Shown: positions 50,896-60,317 of the stretch, in pieces
How positions within the stretch are numbered: the stretch's first letter is position 1
Layout: each line of letters starts with the position of its first letter
Assembly: GCA_965205485.1 (NCBI GenBank)
Contig: OZ242180.1
Coordinates: 3,488,001 to 3,552,000 of the forward strand
From: Candidatus Latescibacterota bacterium
Lineage (GTDB): Bacteria > Latescibacterota > UBA2968 > GCA-2709665
DNA: 64,000 nucleotides
Direction: 5' to 3'
Program-made: the position numbers and the translations under genes
Notes under the pieces: generated by a model
Database searches by the model: none
Seen by the model: only the letters and a program-made list of their open reading frames with translations
What the model was told of the DNA's origin: nothing

Positions 50896-51663
50896 ATGGA
50901 GAATCGCCTGGAGATCAGCGACGACCAGTTGGCGCACTTCGAACGAAACGGGTTCTTCCTCATCCCGAACCCTTTGGGGGCGCAGGGTGTGCGGGAGGTC
51001 GACAGCAGACAGCAGGAAGTGGAACCGGAATGGGAGCGCACGGAGTTCCCCGCGGGGTGCAACCAATTGGCGTGTCTCTTCCTGATGATCGGCGAACCGG
51101 TGCTGCTAATGGTGGAGCGGCCGGACCTCGTGGATGCGGCGCGGCGGATTCTGGGCGTGGAGAAGGTACACGTGGGGGCCTGCGGCATCGGCGACGCCTC
51201 GAAGGTGCAACGGGGCGAAAGGCGCCAGGTAGCGTGGCACGCGGACGGCAGTCCGGAAGTCCGGCAGGTGTCCTTCCGCACTGCCCTCGACCGTCACGAC
51301 GCCAGCAACGGACCGCTTCGTGTGCTGCCCGGCAGCCAGCACCGCCCTCCTGAGGAGGTCAGGGCCGAACTTCTGCAACTGGAACTGGCCACCGGGACGC
51401 ACGACGAGATGCCCGGGCAGTTCTTCGCCCGCCACCCCCACGAGGTCGAGGTCGTCCTCGACCCCCGATGGACCCTCGTCTGGACCCCCTCGTGCTGGCA
51501 CGCCACGGGCCTCAAGACCGCCGCCGGGCCCCGTCGCGCGATGGGATGGAACTACTTCCCTTCCGGCGGCCGCAAGCGCGATCTGGCCGCCATCAAACAC
51601 GTCCACCCGGACTGGCAGGATTGGACCGGGGAGCGGCAGCGCTTGTGGGGCCTTATCGACTGA
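50896..51663 (+). CDS. Phytanoyl-CoA dioxygenase family Fe(II)/2OG oxygenase
   Basis: FERNGF, WHAD, NGPLRVLPGS, distal WHA and R. Confidence 0.88.
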   Translation: MENRLEISDDQLAHFERNGFFLIPNPLGAQGVREVDSRQQEVEPEWERTEFPAGCNQLACLFLMIGEPVLLMVERPDLVDAARRILGVEKVHVGACGIGDASKVQRGERRQVAWHADGSPEVRQVSFRTALDRHDASNGPLRVLPGSQHRPPEEVRAELLQLELATGTHDEMPGQFFARHPHEVEVVLDPRWTLVWTPSCWHATGLKTAAGPRRAMGWNYFPSGGRKRDLAAIKHVHPDWQDWTGERQRLWGLID

Positions 51664-51675
51664 CGGTCGCGCCCG

Positions 51676-52164
51676 ATGCCAATCCTGGTTTATATCAACG
51701 GTTCCATCAATTCCGGCAAATCGACCATAGGCAGTCTTCTGGCGAAGAATCTGCCCGGGACCGTCCACATTGAAGTTGACGAACTGCGGCACTTCGCGGA
51801 TTGTCTGAGTCTGGCGGAAGCGTGTCCTTACTGTCTCGAGGATGCGGCGACGCTGGCGAGGAACTGGCTGTCGCGCGGGTTCAACGTGGTGGTTACCTGG
51901 CCGATTTCACATTTCGACTATGCGGTCTTCGAACGAGTAGCGGCAGACGCCCGAGTTTCCATACACGCGTTTACGCTCCGTCCGGCCCTTGAAGTGGCCG
52001 TATCCGATCGCGGCGGGCGGCAACTTTCGAAACGGGAACGGACCCGTATCAGGGAGCAATATCGATCATCGCATATCGATCCCGGTATCGGAACCGCAAT
52101 CGACAACAGCGATCAGACGCCCGCCGAGACGTTGGCTGCCGTCCGCTCCACTCTGGGAGTGTAG
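51676..52164 (+). CDS. P-loop nucleotide kinase-like protein
   Basis: INGSINSGKST Walker A, IEVD, IDNSDQTP. Confidence 0.82.
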   Translation: MPILVYINGSINSGKSTIGSLLAKNLPGTVHIEVDELRHFADCLSLAEACPYCLEDAATLARNWLSRGFNVVVTWPISHFDYAVFERVAADARVSIHAFTLRPALEVAVSDRGGRQLSKRERTRIREQYRSSHIDPGIGTAIDNSDQTPAETLAAVRSTLGV

Positions 52165-52229
52165 TCGTACCGGTCAGTGGACCTGGAGAGCATCGCTCCT
52201 TCCGCAAACAAACCCGGAACTCTGATCCG

Positions 52230-53216
52230 ATGACGAAGCCTCTCGTCCACAAAGCATTTGCGTTCATTATAAGATACGGGACGGTTGAACGATGCGAATT
52301 ACTGGTCCTTGAACTCAAATCCATCGGATACGAATTCTACCGCCTTCCGGGCGGGAACCTCGAAGGCAGTGAATCGCCACTTCAGGCAGCGCATCGGGAA
52401 ACTTTCGAAGAGTCGGGTATCGATAATCTGCGGTTCATCCGGAAAATCGGGACGACCCGATACTTCAAGCCCTACATCCAGTCGGACGTGGAACGGACGG
52501 ACTTCCTGTTCAGCGCCGATCCCCGTCTGCCGGACAGCTGGGAACACGTTGGAACGGTGGGTCCCGAAGACGGTGTGATTTTCGCATATTCGTGGATTTC
52601 CCACGATTCAATTTCGAGGGTGGATCCGGAATTGCGTACGTTCCTGACGCGTGACCGTATCCCGGAACTTTTCAGCCGTGGCCCCCTGCTTGGATTGAAC
52701 CGCGGTGAGGTTACGTTATCGCCTCATCGGGAAGAATGGAACATCCTGTTCGAATTGGAGAAGGAGAATATCGAAGAAACGATCGGGGACTACGTCGAGG
52801 ATATCCAGCACGTCGGCAGCACCTCTATCCCCGGCATGTCCGCGAAGCCCGTACTGGACATTGCGGTCGCCGTCAGGGACTTTGACGAAGCGAGGACCTG
52901 TATAGAGCCCCTTGACGGTATCGGGTACGAGTACCGGGGAGAAAACGGCATCCCGCGAAGGCACTTTTTTCGGAAAGGGTCCCCGCGTACCCATCATGTT
53001 CACGTGTTTGAAAGATCGAGCGCGGATTGGAATGAAGTCATCCTGTTCCGGGATTGCTTGAGATCGAATCAGAGCTTTGCGGAAGAATACAGGAGATTGA
53101 AACGAAACCTGGCTCGCCGGTTTCCGAAGGACCGGCCGTCGTTTCAGACCGGTAAGGCCGGGTTTATCGAAGAGGTCATCAAGAAGGGCCGTGAGGGGGC
53201 AGAAGGTAGACGGTAG
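52230..53216 (+). CDS. NUDIX-GrpB fusion protein
   Basis: PGGNLEGSESPLQAAHRETFEESG, then HVGSTSIPG..AKPVLDI, FRDCLR, Y..LK..LA. Confidence 0.9.
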   Translation: MTKPLVHKAFAFIIRYGTVERCELLVLELKSIGYEFYRLPGGNLEGSESPLQAAHRETFEESGIDNLRFIRKIGTTRYFKPYIQSDVERTDFLFSADPRLPDSWEHVGTVGPEDGVIFAYSWISHDSISRVDPELRTFLTRDRIPELFSRGPLLGLNRGEVTLSPHREEWNILFELEKENIEETIGDYVEDIQHVGSTSIPGMSAKPVLDIAVAVRDFDEARTCIEPLDGIGYEYRGENGIPRRHFFRKGSPRTHHVHVFERSSADWNEVILFRDCLRSNQSFAEEYRRLKRNLARRFPKDRPSFQTGKAGFIEEVIKKGREGAEGRR

Positions 53217-53303
53217 AAGAAGCCCTTGCCCGGTATGTTTTTCCTCCTTGCCTCCGGTACGAAAATAACCCTGACAAGGCAGGTAATCCCTCCGGTCTAC
53301 CGT
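53205..53303. repeat. Dispersed repeat family B, copy 3 (inverted), overlapping the upstream stop codon
   Basis: Reverse complement matches 30480-30570. Confidence 0.7.
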
Positions 53304-53417
53304 TTTCAAGGAACACGCCGCAGGCAGGGAATCCTGAATAGATGGGCAAACGACGGGCTTTTGCCTGCGACCGGCCTCTATATTTTAATACAAATCATTA
53401 TTTTTATTTTATTTATA

Positions 53418-53911
53418 CCCTTTTTCTTTCTCGCCAAAGAAAAAGGGTCAAAAAGAACGGCGCCGCTCAAACGCCGCGGGGCTGCTTTTCCGCGAACAAC
53501 CTCAGGGGAAAGAACGAAAGCCGTTGCCCTGCGTCCAGTGCAGGCAGTTCCGAGCTATTTTGCGGGACGGAATTGCGCGGAAAAGCCCCTGCCGCCCTGA
53601 CCAGGCGCGCGAATGTTACATTTGCAGGCGCGACGCATGGATCGCTTACGCAGAGGCGCGCAAATCGCCGATAGATTGCGCAAGGCGATATCGCTCGCTC
53701 TCGGTCAGGCATTTGTTTGTTTAACGCGATGCCACTCCCGAGCACTTTCGGAGCAGGGCGCGTTGTTCCGTCTCGCTCGAACTTACGAAATCCTCCGGCG
53801 TTGGCAGGCCAACGTATCAGGTGAGTCCTGTATGGGTATTCGCGCCATGCATGAGGCAGGCCCCGCGCCCAGCGGCGACTTTTGGTTCCTTTTGGTCGCT
53901 TCAAAAGGAAC
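53418..53911. repeat. ~490-bp hairpin-ended palindromic element
   Basis: Terminal hairpins ccctttttcttt/aaagaaaaaggg and gttccttttg/caaaaggaac; inner arms caaaaag..cgccgc / gcggcg..ctttttg. Confidence 0.65.
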
Positions 53912-53931
53912 ACGCCGTAGGCAGGGAATCT

Positions 53932-54221
53932 GGGGAGAAGTGGATTTTGAATTTAGGCCTTCCTTCTCGCTTTTAGCTGACGGCTGACCGCCAATAGCTG
54001 ATAGCTAATTCTGAGAGGGCCGGGGAGAGAGGTCTGCGGGGACGAGGGGAGAAGTGGATTTTGAATTTAGGCCTTCCTTCTCGCTTTTAGCTGACGGCTG
54101 ACCGCCAATAGCTGATAGCTTATTCTGAGAGGGCCGGGGAGAGAGGTCTGCGGTGCGGAGGGAAGATGTTGTTTTTGAATTTGGTTTTCGCTCTTAGCTG
54201 ATGGCTGACGGCTGATAGCTA
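53932..54221. repeat. 114-bp non-coding tandem repeat (two copies plus a degenerate third) with gctgac/gctgat heptamers
   Basis: ggggagaagtggattttgaatttagg.. starts at 53932 and 54046. Confidence 0.85.
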
Positions 54222-54278
54222 TGTCTTCGTGTGAGTTGAATGTCGTCTTGATCTTTTCCCGTCCTGATTTATATAGTC

Positions 54279-54962
54279 ATGTCCAGCGAATTCGATTTCG
54301 GGGGAGCCGTTCCCGCCTGGGGGCGGAGCGCGGCCGAATACGAGGCATTCTTCGCTTTGTCCGATGTCCCTTCGTCCGCGCGCGTACTGGACTGTGGCGG
54401 AGGGCCGTCGTCGTTCACGGCGGAATGGGGCGGAACCGGGCGATTCGTCGTCGCCGTCGATCCCGTCTACAGCTCTTCCGGCCACAAAATCGAGGCGGAT
54501 TTCCGATCCACGTCCGCGAGAATGCTCAAGGGTGCGCGAGAGGCGTACGCACGGTTTCGCTGGGACCACTATGGAAGTCCCGAATCGGTCGTCAGGCTGC
54601 GCCGCGACGTCCTCACAGCCTTCCTGCGCGACTTCCGCTCGGCCGCCGCGAGCGGCCGCTACGTATCGGGAAGACTGCCCAATCTGCCCTTTCGGTCGAC
54701 TACTTTCGATCTTGTCCTCTGTTCCCACCTGCTGTTTCTGTACTCCGCGGAGTTCGATACCGAGACTCACATATCGTACCTGCTGGAACTGCTTCGGGTC
54801 GGTCGCGAGGTCCGGGTCTATCCGCTGTTGGACATGGCGGGTAATCGATCGAGGCATCTGGACCATACGATTCAGAAGATGCGGGATCGCGCGGACGTCG
54901 AGGTCGTGCCGGTGCCGTTCGAGTTCCGTCGGGGAGATACAAACATGCTGAGGCTGACGTAA
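54279..54962 (+). CDS. SAM-dependent methyltransferase
   Basis: VLDCGGGPSSF, AVDPVY, FDLVLCSHLLFLY. Confidence 0.9.
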   Translation: MSSEFDFGGAVPAWGRSAAEYEAFFALSDVPSSARVLDCGGGPSSFTAEWGGTGRFVVAVDPVYSSSGHKIEADFRSTSARMLKGAREAYARFRWDHYGSPESVVRLRRDVLTAFLRDFRSAAASGRYVSGRLPNLPFRSTTFDLVLCSHLLFLYSAEFDTETHISYLLELLRVGREVRVYPLLDMAGNRSRHLDHTIQKMRDRADVEVVPVPFEFRRGDTNMLRLT

Positions 54963-55097
54963 AGGCGGTGAGAGGTAAGAGGGGAGCCGGTAGAAGAAGT
55001 CTTCGCCCGGTATTTTATCCTACCATCCCTCCGGCACGAAAAGAATCCTCACAAGGCAGGCAATCTCTAACCTCTCCCGTCTTCAGTCTACCCGCTC
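54963..55097. repeat. Dispersed repeat family B, copy 4 (inverted)
   Basis: Reverse complement aligns end to end with 30450-30585. Confidence 0.75.
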
Positions 55098-55159
55098 TTG
55101 GCTGATAGCTTATTTCCAGATCTCTCGGTTTGATCATCGCCTTGCATTGTGTCTGCAAT

Positions 55160-55312
55160 TAATATAACGTATCCCGTTTAATGAATATAGTTAAACGGGA
55201 TACGTTTACGATAATACGTTAAATGTTATTCATTTAATGGAATCCATTTAACGTATTTTATTTAACGGACCAAATTTAGCACTTGTCATTTAACGGAAAA
55301 CGTTATAATATA
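55160..55312 (+). promoter_or_regulatory. AT-rich promoter region with repeated AACG/CGTT operator-like sites
   Basis: Perfect 16-bp inverted repeat 55166-55206; TAACG-N5-CGTTA at 55291-55305 between TTGTCA and a TATAAT/TAATAT box. Confidence 0.7.
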
Positions 55313-55398
55313 CCGTATTGTGCAATCCTTCGAAAATCGGGAGTTCCTGCGTCGCCTGTGAGATGAATGTCGCAACTGATCGCCCAGGAGAATCAACC

Positions 55399-55704
55399 AT
55401 GTCCGTTGGAGAAACGGTTCCCGTTCATCCCGGGAGGATATTGCAGGAACAGTTTCTCGAGCCCATGGACCTCAGCCAGAACCAGTTGGCGCTGTCCATC
55501 GGGGTGCCGCCCCGCCGCATAAATGAGATCGTCCTCGGCAAACGCGGCATAACCGCGGATACGGCGCTGAGACTCGCCCGGTATTTCTACACCTCCCCCC
55601 GATTCTGGATGAACATTCAGACAAACTTTGAGCTGGAAGTCGCCGAGGAGGCACTCTCGGAGCGGCTGGACCGGGAAGTGCGTCCCCACGTCCGCGGTGG
55701 ATAG
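55399..55704 (+). CDS. higA: HigA family antitoxin with no adjacent toxin
   Basis: PVHPGRILQEQFLEP, RINEIVLGKRGITADTALRLARYF, FWMNIQ; CAGGAG RBS. Confidence 0.93.
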   Translation: MSVGETVPVHPGRILQEQFLEPMDLSQNQLALSIGVPPRRINEIVLGKRGITADTALRLARYFYTSPRFWMNIQTNFELEVAEEALSERLDREVRPHVRGG

Positions 55705-55766
55705 ACCGTGGGTTTTCTATTGCACCATCCGATATCGGCACGAAACTTGCATTACAGGACTCAGGA

Positions 55767-56627
55767 ATGTCCGGACTTCGCGTGATGAGCTTCAACCTTG
55801 CCGGCGGTTACGACGAACATGAACCGGAGAACGCATGGATCGGTTCCGGCCGCTCGCAACTGGTCTGCGACGTGATTGAAGACGCGTCGCCGGACCTCAT
55901 CGGATTCCAGGAAACGCAGTGGCCCAATTTCGCCACATTTGGCGAAGCCCTTGTGGGGTATGACAGCTTCCAGGGCCCTCACGCGAACGATCCACCGCAT
56001 CTCTTCAACCCTGTTTACTGGCGGCGAGAGCGGCTTCAGCCACGATCGAAGGGCGGATTCTGGATCAGCGATACGCCGGAGAAGTACTCGAGGTCCTGGG
56101 AGTCAGCCTGCGTCCGGACCGCAACCTGGGTCCGCTTTCGCGACCTCGCGAATGGCATGGATTTCCTTCACGTCAATACACATCTCGATCACATCAGCGA
56201 ACGGGCCCGGACCGGAGGCGCATCTCTGCTGAACCGGTGGATCTCCAATACTGCACGAGGCGGAGAACTCCAACTGTTGACCGGAGACTTCAACTGCAAT
56301 CCGTGGACGCCGGAGGTGGAGGATGCTGGCGCGGCCGGCAGCACGATCACCGACGCGGCACACCGAATCCTGCTCGGGTCAGGCTTCGAAGATGCGTTCC
56401 TGTGCGCCGGGCTTCGCGACGGAATAGCGTCGAATACCTATCACGGTTATGATGGAGCAGCGTACGACCTGCGGCTCCATCACCTTTCCTGGCGTCTGGA
56501 TTGGGTCCTGTTTCGGGGCGCGGGACTGCAGGTCGACGTGGAAAAGTCCGAGATTGTCCGAAGCCACCGGGGTTCGCTCTATCCCAGCGATCACTATCCG
56601 GTCGTTTCGGACTTGTGCTGGAAGTGA
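55767..56627 (+). CDS. Endonuclease/exonuclease/phosphatase family protein
   Basis: VMSFN, GFQE, NTHLDH, GDFN, LDWV, SDHYPV. Confidence 0.93.
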   Translation: MSGLRVMSFNLAGGYDEHEPENAWIGSGRSQLVCDVIEDASPDLIGFQETQWPNFATFGEALVGYDSFQGPHANDPPHLFNPVYWRRERLQPRSKGGFWISDTPEKYSRSWESACVRTATWVRFRDLANGMDFLHVNTHLDHISERARTGGASLLNRWISNTARGGELQLLTGDFNCNPWTPEVEDAGAAGSTITDAAHRILLGSGFEDAFLCAGLRDGIASNTYHGYDGAAYDLRLHHLSWRLDWVLFRGAGLQVDVEKSEIVRSHRGSLYPSDHYPVVSDLCWK

Positions 56628-56941
56628 CGCCTGGCGTCTACCTGTGCATCGGGAGGCGCGCATGCGCTCATATGAACCGAATTACTCCCCCGGATTATTG
56701 TTTAACTAGCATTAATATCACTCATTCCATGTGTGGGAATGAGAACCGAAAGGGGGATCCAATTTGTCGAATCACCACACCCATCGTCTATGCCGATGCT
56801 TCGAATCTGAACGGAGTCAAAGGCATCCACATCGCTGATACGGGCCGGATCAGGGGTCTGAATGAGGACTCCCTTATCCGGCGGGAGATGAACCAGGAAG
56901 ACATGCAGCCAGAAACCACGACAGAAAACGGCAAATCGATA

Positions 56942-57499
56942 ATGCGAAGGGTCTGCATCATCGGTTGCGGGGGTTCGGGAAAGTCCACACTGGCGGTCAA
57001 GCTCGGAACTCTGCTGGACCTGCCGGTCGTCCATCTCGACGCCGTTCATTGGAGGCCGAACTGGGAAAAGCCCCCCAGGGACGTCTGGCAGCGCCAGCAC
57101 GGGGAGCTCCTCGAGCGCGAGACCTGGATTCTGGACGGAAACTACGGAAGTACGATGAAACAGAGGATAGCGGCAAGCGACACGGTGGTCCTGCTGGCGC
57201 TGCCCCGATTCACATGTCTCTTTCAGGTATTCAAGCGGGCGGTCAGGCATCTGGGCCGCAGCCGGCCGGACTTGAACCCCGGCTGCCGGGAGCAGTTGCC
57301 CGATCTGGAATTCCTCGATTGGATCTGGAACTACAACAGGACACGCCTGCCGGGGATACTTGATGCACTGGAACGGGTTATAAACGAAAAGAACGTCGTG
57401 ATCTTGCGGTCGCGGGGCGACGTGGCGCGGTTTCTGAATGAACTGAAGAAGGGGGGAACCGGTCGGGCTGTGATGCGGGATGCCAGCGGCCGCGCGTGA
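56942..57499 (+). CDS. FlaR / topology-modulation-type adenylate-kinase-like protein
   Basis: IIGCGGSGKSTLA, HLDAVHW, WILDGNY, GCREQ; start may be 56888. Confidence 0.9.
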   Translation: MRRVCIIGCGGSGKSTLAVKLGTLLDLPVVHLDAVHWRPNWEKPPRDVWQRQHGELLERETWILDGNYGSTMKQRIAASDTVVLLALPRFTCLFQVFKRAVRHLGRSRPDLNPGCREQLPDLEFLDWIWNYNRTRLPGILDALERVINEKNVVILRSRGDVARFLNELKKGGTGRAVMRDASGRA

Positions 57500-57620
57500 C
57501 GTACACAACAAACTCACCGACCGGAACGACTGGTCTGTACACAACCCACATTGATAATTCGCCGACATAAACGGGTTACGCGTTTCACGCGCTGAACGCT
57601 TCAATTCAATTGGGGGAAAC

Positions 57621-58091
57621 ATGTCGACGTATGAGATCGTCTATCAGGAGGATGCAAGGGGCGTCAATTGGAAGGACCTCGCGGAAGTCTACAAGCGGGC
57701 ACCTCTGGGAAGGCTGGATCCGGGAAAACTCCGCCGCGCGTACGCCGATAGCGAAGTCAGCTGTTTCGCCTTCAGCGGAAAAGCGCTGGTTGGGGGCGGA
57801 CGGACGATTACGGACGACGAGGCGCCTGCGACCGTCTGCGAGCTTGTCGTTGCGCCGGAATATCAGCGCCAGGGTGTCGGGAGGGCGATCTTGCGATCGA
57901 TACTCCGGAAACTCGCCGTTCCCAGGGTGATCCTGGCATGTGTCCACGGACAGCAGGATTTCTACCGACGAGAAGGGTTTCTCACCCACGAGTCGGTCAT
58001 GGCGCTGTACGCGAACACGCAATGGTTCGTCGAAAACGCAAATCTGGAATCGGGAGACCCGGTGAACGCCGTAGCGGCCTATTCGGATTGA
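57621..58091 (+). CDS. GNAT family N-acetyltransferase
   Basis: VVAPEYQRQGVG, FYRREGF. Confidence 0.9.
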   Translation: MSTYEIVYQEDARGVNWKDLAEVYKRAPLGRLDPGKLRRAYADSEVSCFAFSGKALVGGGRTITDDEAPATVCELVVAPEYQRQGVGRAILRSILRKLAVPRVILACVHGQQDFYRREGFLTHESVMALYANTQWFVENANLESGDPVNAVAAYSD

Positions 58092-58155
58092 ACCGTCGTC
58101 GTTTCGGTCATTTAGAGAAGCGGCGGAGTCCGTTCTATCGAGATGGAGCGATCCA

Positions 58156-58794
58156 GTGAGCGCCAGGTTCCGTTGCGGAGACGCGATCCTTTACCGAGAG
58201 CTCGACGAGAAAGGCCGGATCATCGACGTAAAGCCCGTCACCGTGGTCGAGGATTCCGATGCCCGGACGTTGCTATGGCTCCCGTTGGGGACGCCGTCGA
58301 AGAAGCCCGTGTTATCCTTCGATACTCCAGACAGGCCCCGGGACTGGGTGAACTGGACCTGGACGCTGGCCGATTCGGTCTGGCGTTGGGCGGAGCTTTT
58401 GATCATCGTCCGGCCAGGGGAATTCCGCGCAACGTGGGTGCGGTGGTCTGCCGATGGTGTGTTTCAGGGCTGGTACGTCAATCTTCAGAGCAAGTTGACA
58501 CGCACGCGGCTGGGTTTCGATTTCAGAGATCACCAGCTCGACATAATTGTCGATCCGGAACGAAGCTGGACATGGAAAGACCGTGATGAATTCGACCTCG
58601 CGATCCGACAGGGACGGATGACACCGGAAGTGGGCAGGGTGGCGTTGAACGAAGGAAGACTCGCCGTTGACGAAATAGAGGGTTCCGTCGGGGTGTATAC
58701 GGAGGGGTGGGAGAACTGGCGTCCCGATGCGACACTGGCGCGACCGCAGATGCGTGAGGACTGGGACGACCTGTCCATGTACGACAAGCCTTGA
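58156..58794 (+). CDS. DUF402 (FomD-like) protein
   Basis: GWYVNLQ, DHQLDIIV, WKDRDEF. Confidence 0.88.
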   Translation: MSARFRCGDAILYRELDEKGRIIDVKPVTVVEDSDARTLLWLPLGTPSKKPVLSFDTPDRPRDWVNWTWTLADSVWRWAELLIIVRPGEFRATWVRWSADGVFQGWYVNLQSKLTRTRLGFDFRDHQLDIIVDPERSWTWKDRDEFDLAIRQGRMTPEVGRVALNEGRLAVDEIEGSVGVYTEGWENWRPDATLARPQMREDWDDLSMYDKP

Positions 58795-58995
58795 TCGGAA
58801 TAATCAGATGAACCCGTGTCGAAACAAGCTTCTGTTCACCACCTCCGCCCGTGGCCCGGCGCCGGTCTGAAGCAGACCATGATCAGGTGCCTCGAATTGG
58901 CAATTCGAGGTACGTCGTGGCCGACTTAAGGTGCTTGATCCGGTGCCGAAAATTGGCGATTCGCAGGCGACAATAATACAAATCAAGGCGAATCC

Positions 58996-59808
58996 ATGGA
59001 CGACATGACCGACATACGCGAGTTTTACAATGCCGGCTGGGACGCCGAGGATGACCGGCTCACGCGCCATCAGCTGGAAGCGGATTTGACCTGGCGATAC
59101 CTCGACCATTACCTCCCTTCCTGCGGGAGGCTTCTGGAAGTCGGCTTTGGCACGGGGTCTTATTCCTTTCCACTGGCAAAGCGGGGCTACCGGATTACCT
59201 CTGTGGACCTCGCCGACGAGTTCGTCGCCCGGTGCAAGGCGAGGGCCGAGGCGCTGGGTCTTGCGGACCGGACCGATTTCCGCACCGGCGATGCGCGCAC
59301 CCTGGACGGGGTCCCGTGCGGACAGTTCGACGCCGTCCTCCTGATGGGCCCACTGTACCATCTGGTGGATGAGACCGATCGGACGATGGCCGTGAAATCC
59401 GCCTTCGAGCGCCTGAAACCCGGCGGCGTGGTCTTTGCAACGATGCTCTCCAGGTTCGGTGTTATTGGAGACCTGATCAAAAAAACCCCGTCGTGGATTG
59501 AGAATCAGGAGGAGATCCGGTCCCTGATCGGCAACGGCCATCGTCCAAATGATGCGCCGCGTGGCGGCTTCCGCGGGTATTTCGTTCGCTATGAGGAAGT
59601 CGCCCCAATGCATGAACGCGCGGGATTCCATACACTGAATATTGCCGGGTTGGAGCCCGCGATTGCTTCGGACGACGAAAGCTATAACAGCCTGCGGGGA
59701 AAGCAGCAAGAACTGTGGCGTAATCTGCTGTTCGAGATCAGCGAGGAACAGAGCATCGTCGCTTCGTCCAGGCACATTCTGTACATCGGACAGAAGCCGG
59801 GCGACTGA
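58996..59808 (+). CDS. Class I SAM-dependent methyltransferase
   Basis: LEVGFGTG, GDAR, FDAVLLMGPLYHL, LKPGG. Confidence 0.93.
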   Translation: MDDMTDIREFYNAGWDAEDDRLTRHQLEADLTWRYLDHYLPSCGRLLEVGFGTGSYSFPLAKRGYRITSVDLADEFVARCKARAEALGLADRTDFRTGDARTLDGVPCGQFDAVLLMGPLYHLVDETDRTMAVKSAFERLKPGGVVFATMLSRFGVIGDLIKKTPSWIENQEEIRSLIGNGHRPNDAPRGGFRGYFVRYEEVAPMHERAGFHTLNIAGLEPAIASDDESYNSLRGKQQELWRNLLFEISEEQSIVASSRHILYIGQKPGD

Positions 59809-59856
59809 TGTTCGCGGATTTATCTGACATCCAGCGGTAAGTCGCCCGCCAGGCAT

Positions 59857-59931
59857 CCCTTCGACAGGCTCAGGGCAACACTAAGGAAGCGGCGTCTGCG
59901 ATCCGAGCCGTTCCCTGAGCCTGTCGAAGGG
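59857..59931. repeat. REP doublet (19-bp inverted repeat)
   Basis: cccttcgacaggctcaggg ... ccctgagcctgtcgaaggg. Confidence 0.8.
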
Positions 59932-60317
59932 TCGGCGAGGGGCACCCAAGAGCGGCCAACAGATTACGCAATACGGGCATTTCGACATTTCGACAAGCTC
60001 AACGCAGGCATGCTCAATGACCACGTTTCGAAAGGCCGCTCCCACGTGCCAGCGAGTCCACGCCGCCAGGTACGTTCTACGAGGATCCGGGACTCAGGCA
60101 GCACCAAAATTGCAAGTTCTATTGTCGGTCCCTGAACGCGGATTTGGAATAGAGCGTCGCAAAGTGCGACAGTTCCCGACGGGACACCGTTGGGTTCCGA
60201 TTCTTGAGAGAAAAACCGGATGCGAAGATTTGGCAATGCAATTGGAAACCTCCGGGAAACTCGAGACGTTTAAGGGCGAGTGGATTCAATGCGAAACGTC
60301 CAGATCTGGAGATTCAA

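Noticed and set aside
53932..54221. Possible CRISPR array
   Set aside because: The whole 114-bp unit repeats with no unique spacers, and no cas genes are present
57560..57590. dif-like site (minus strand gaaacgcgtaa-cccgt-ttatgtcggcg)
   Set aside because: Central spacer is 5 bp rather than 6 and the XerD arm match is poor
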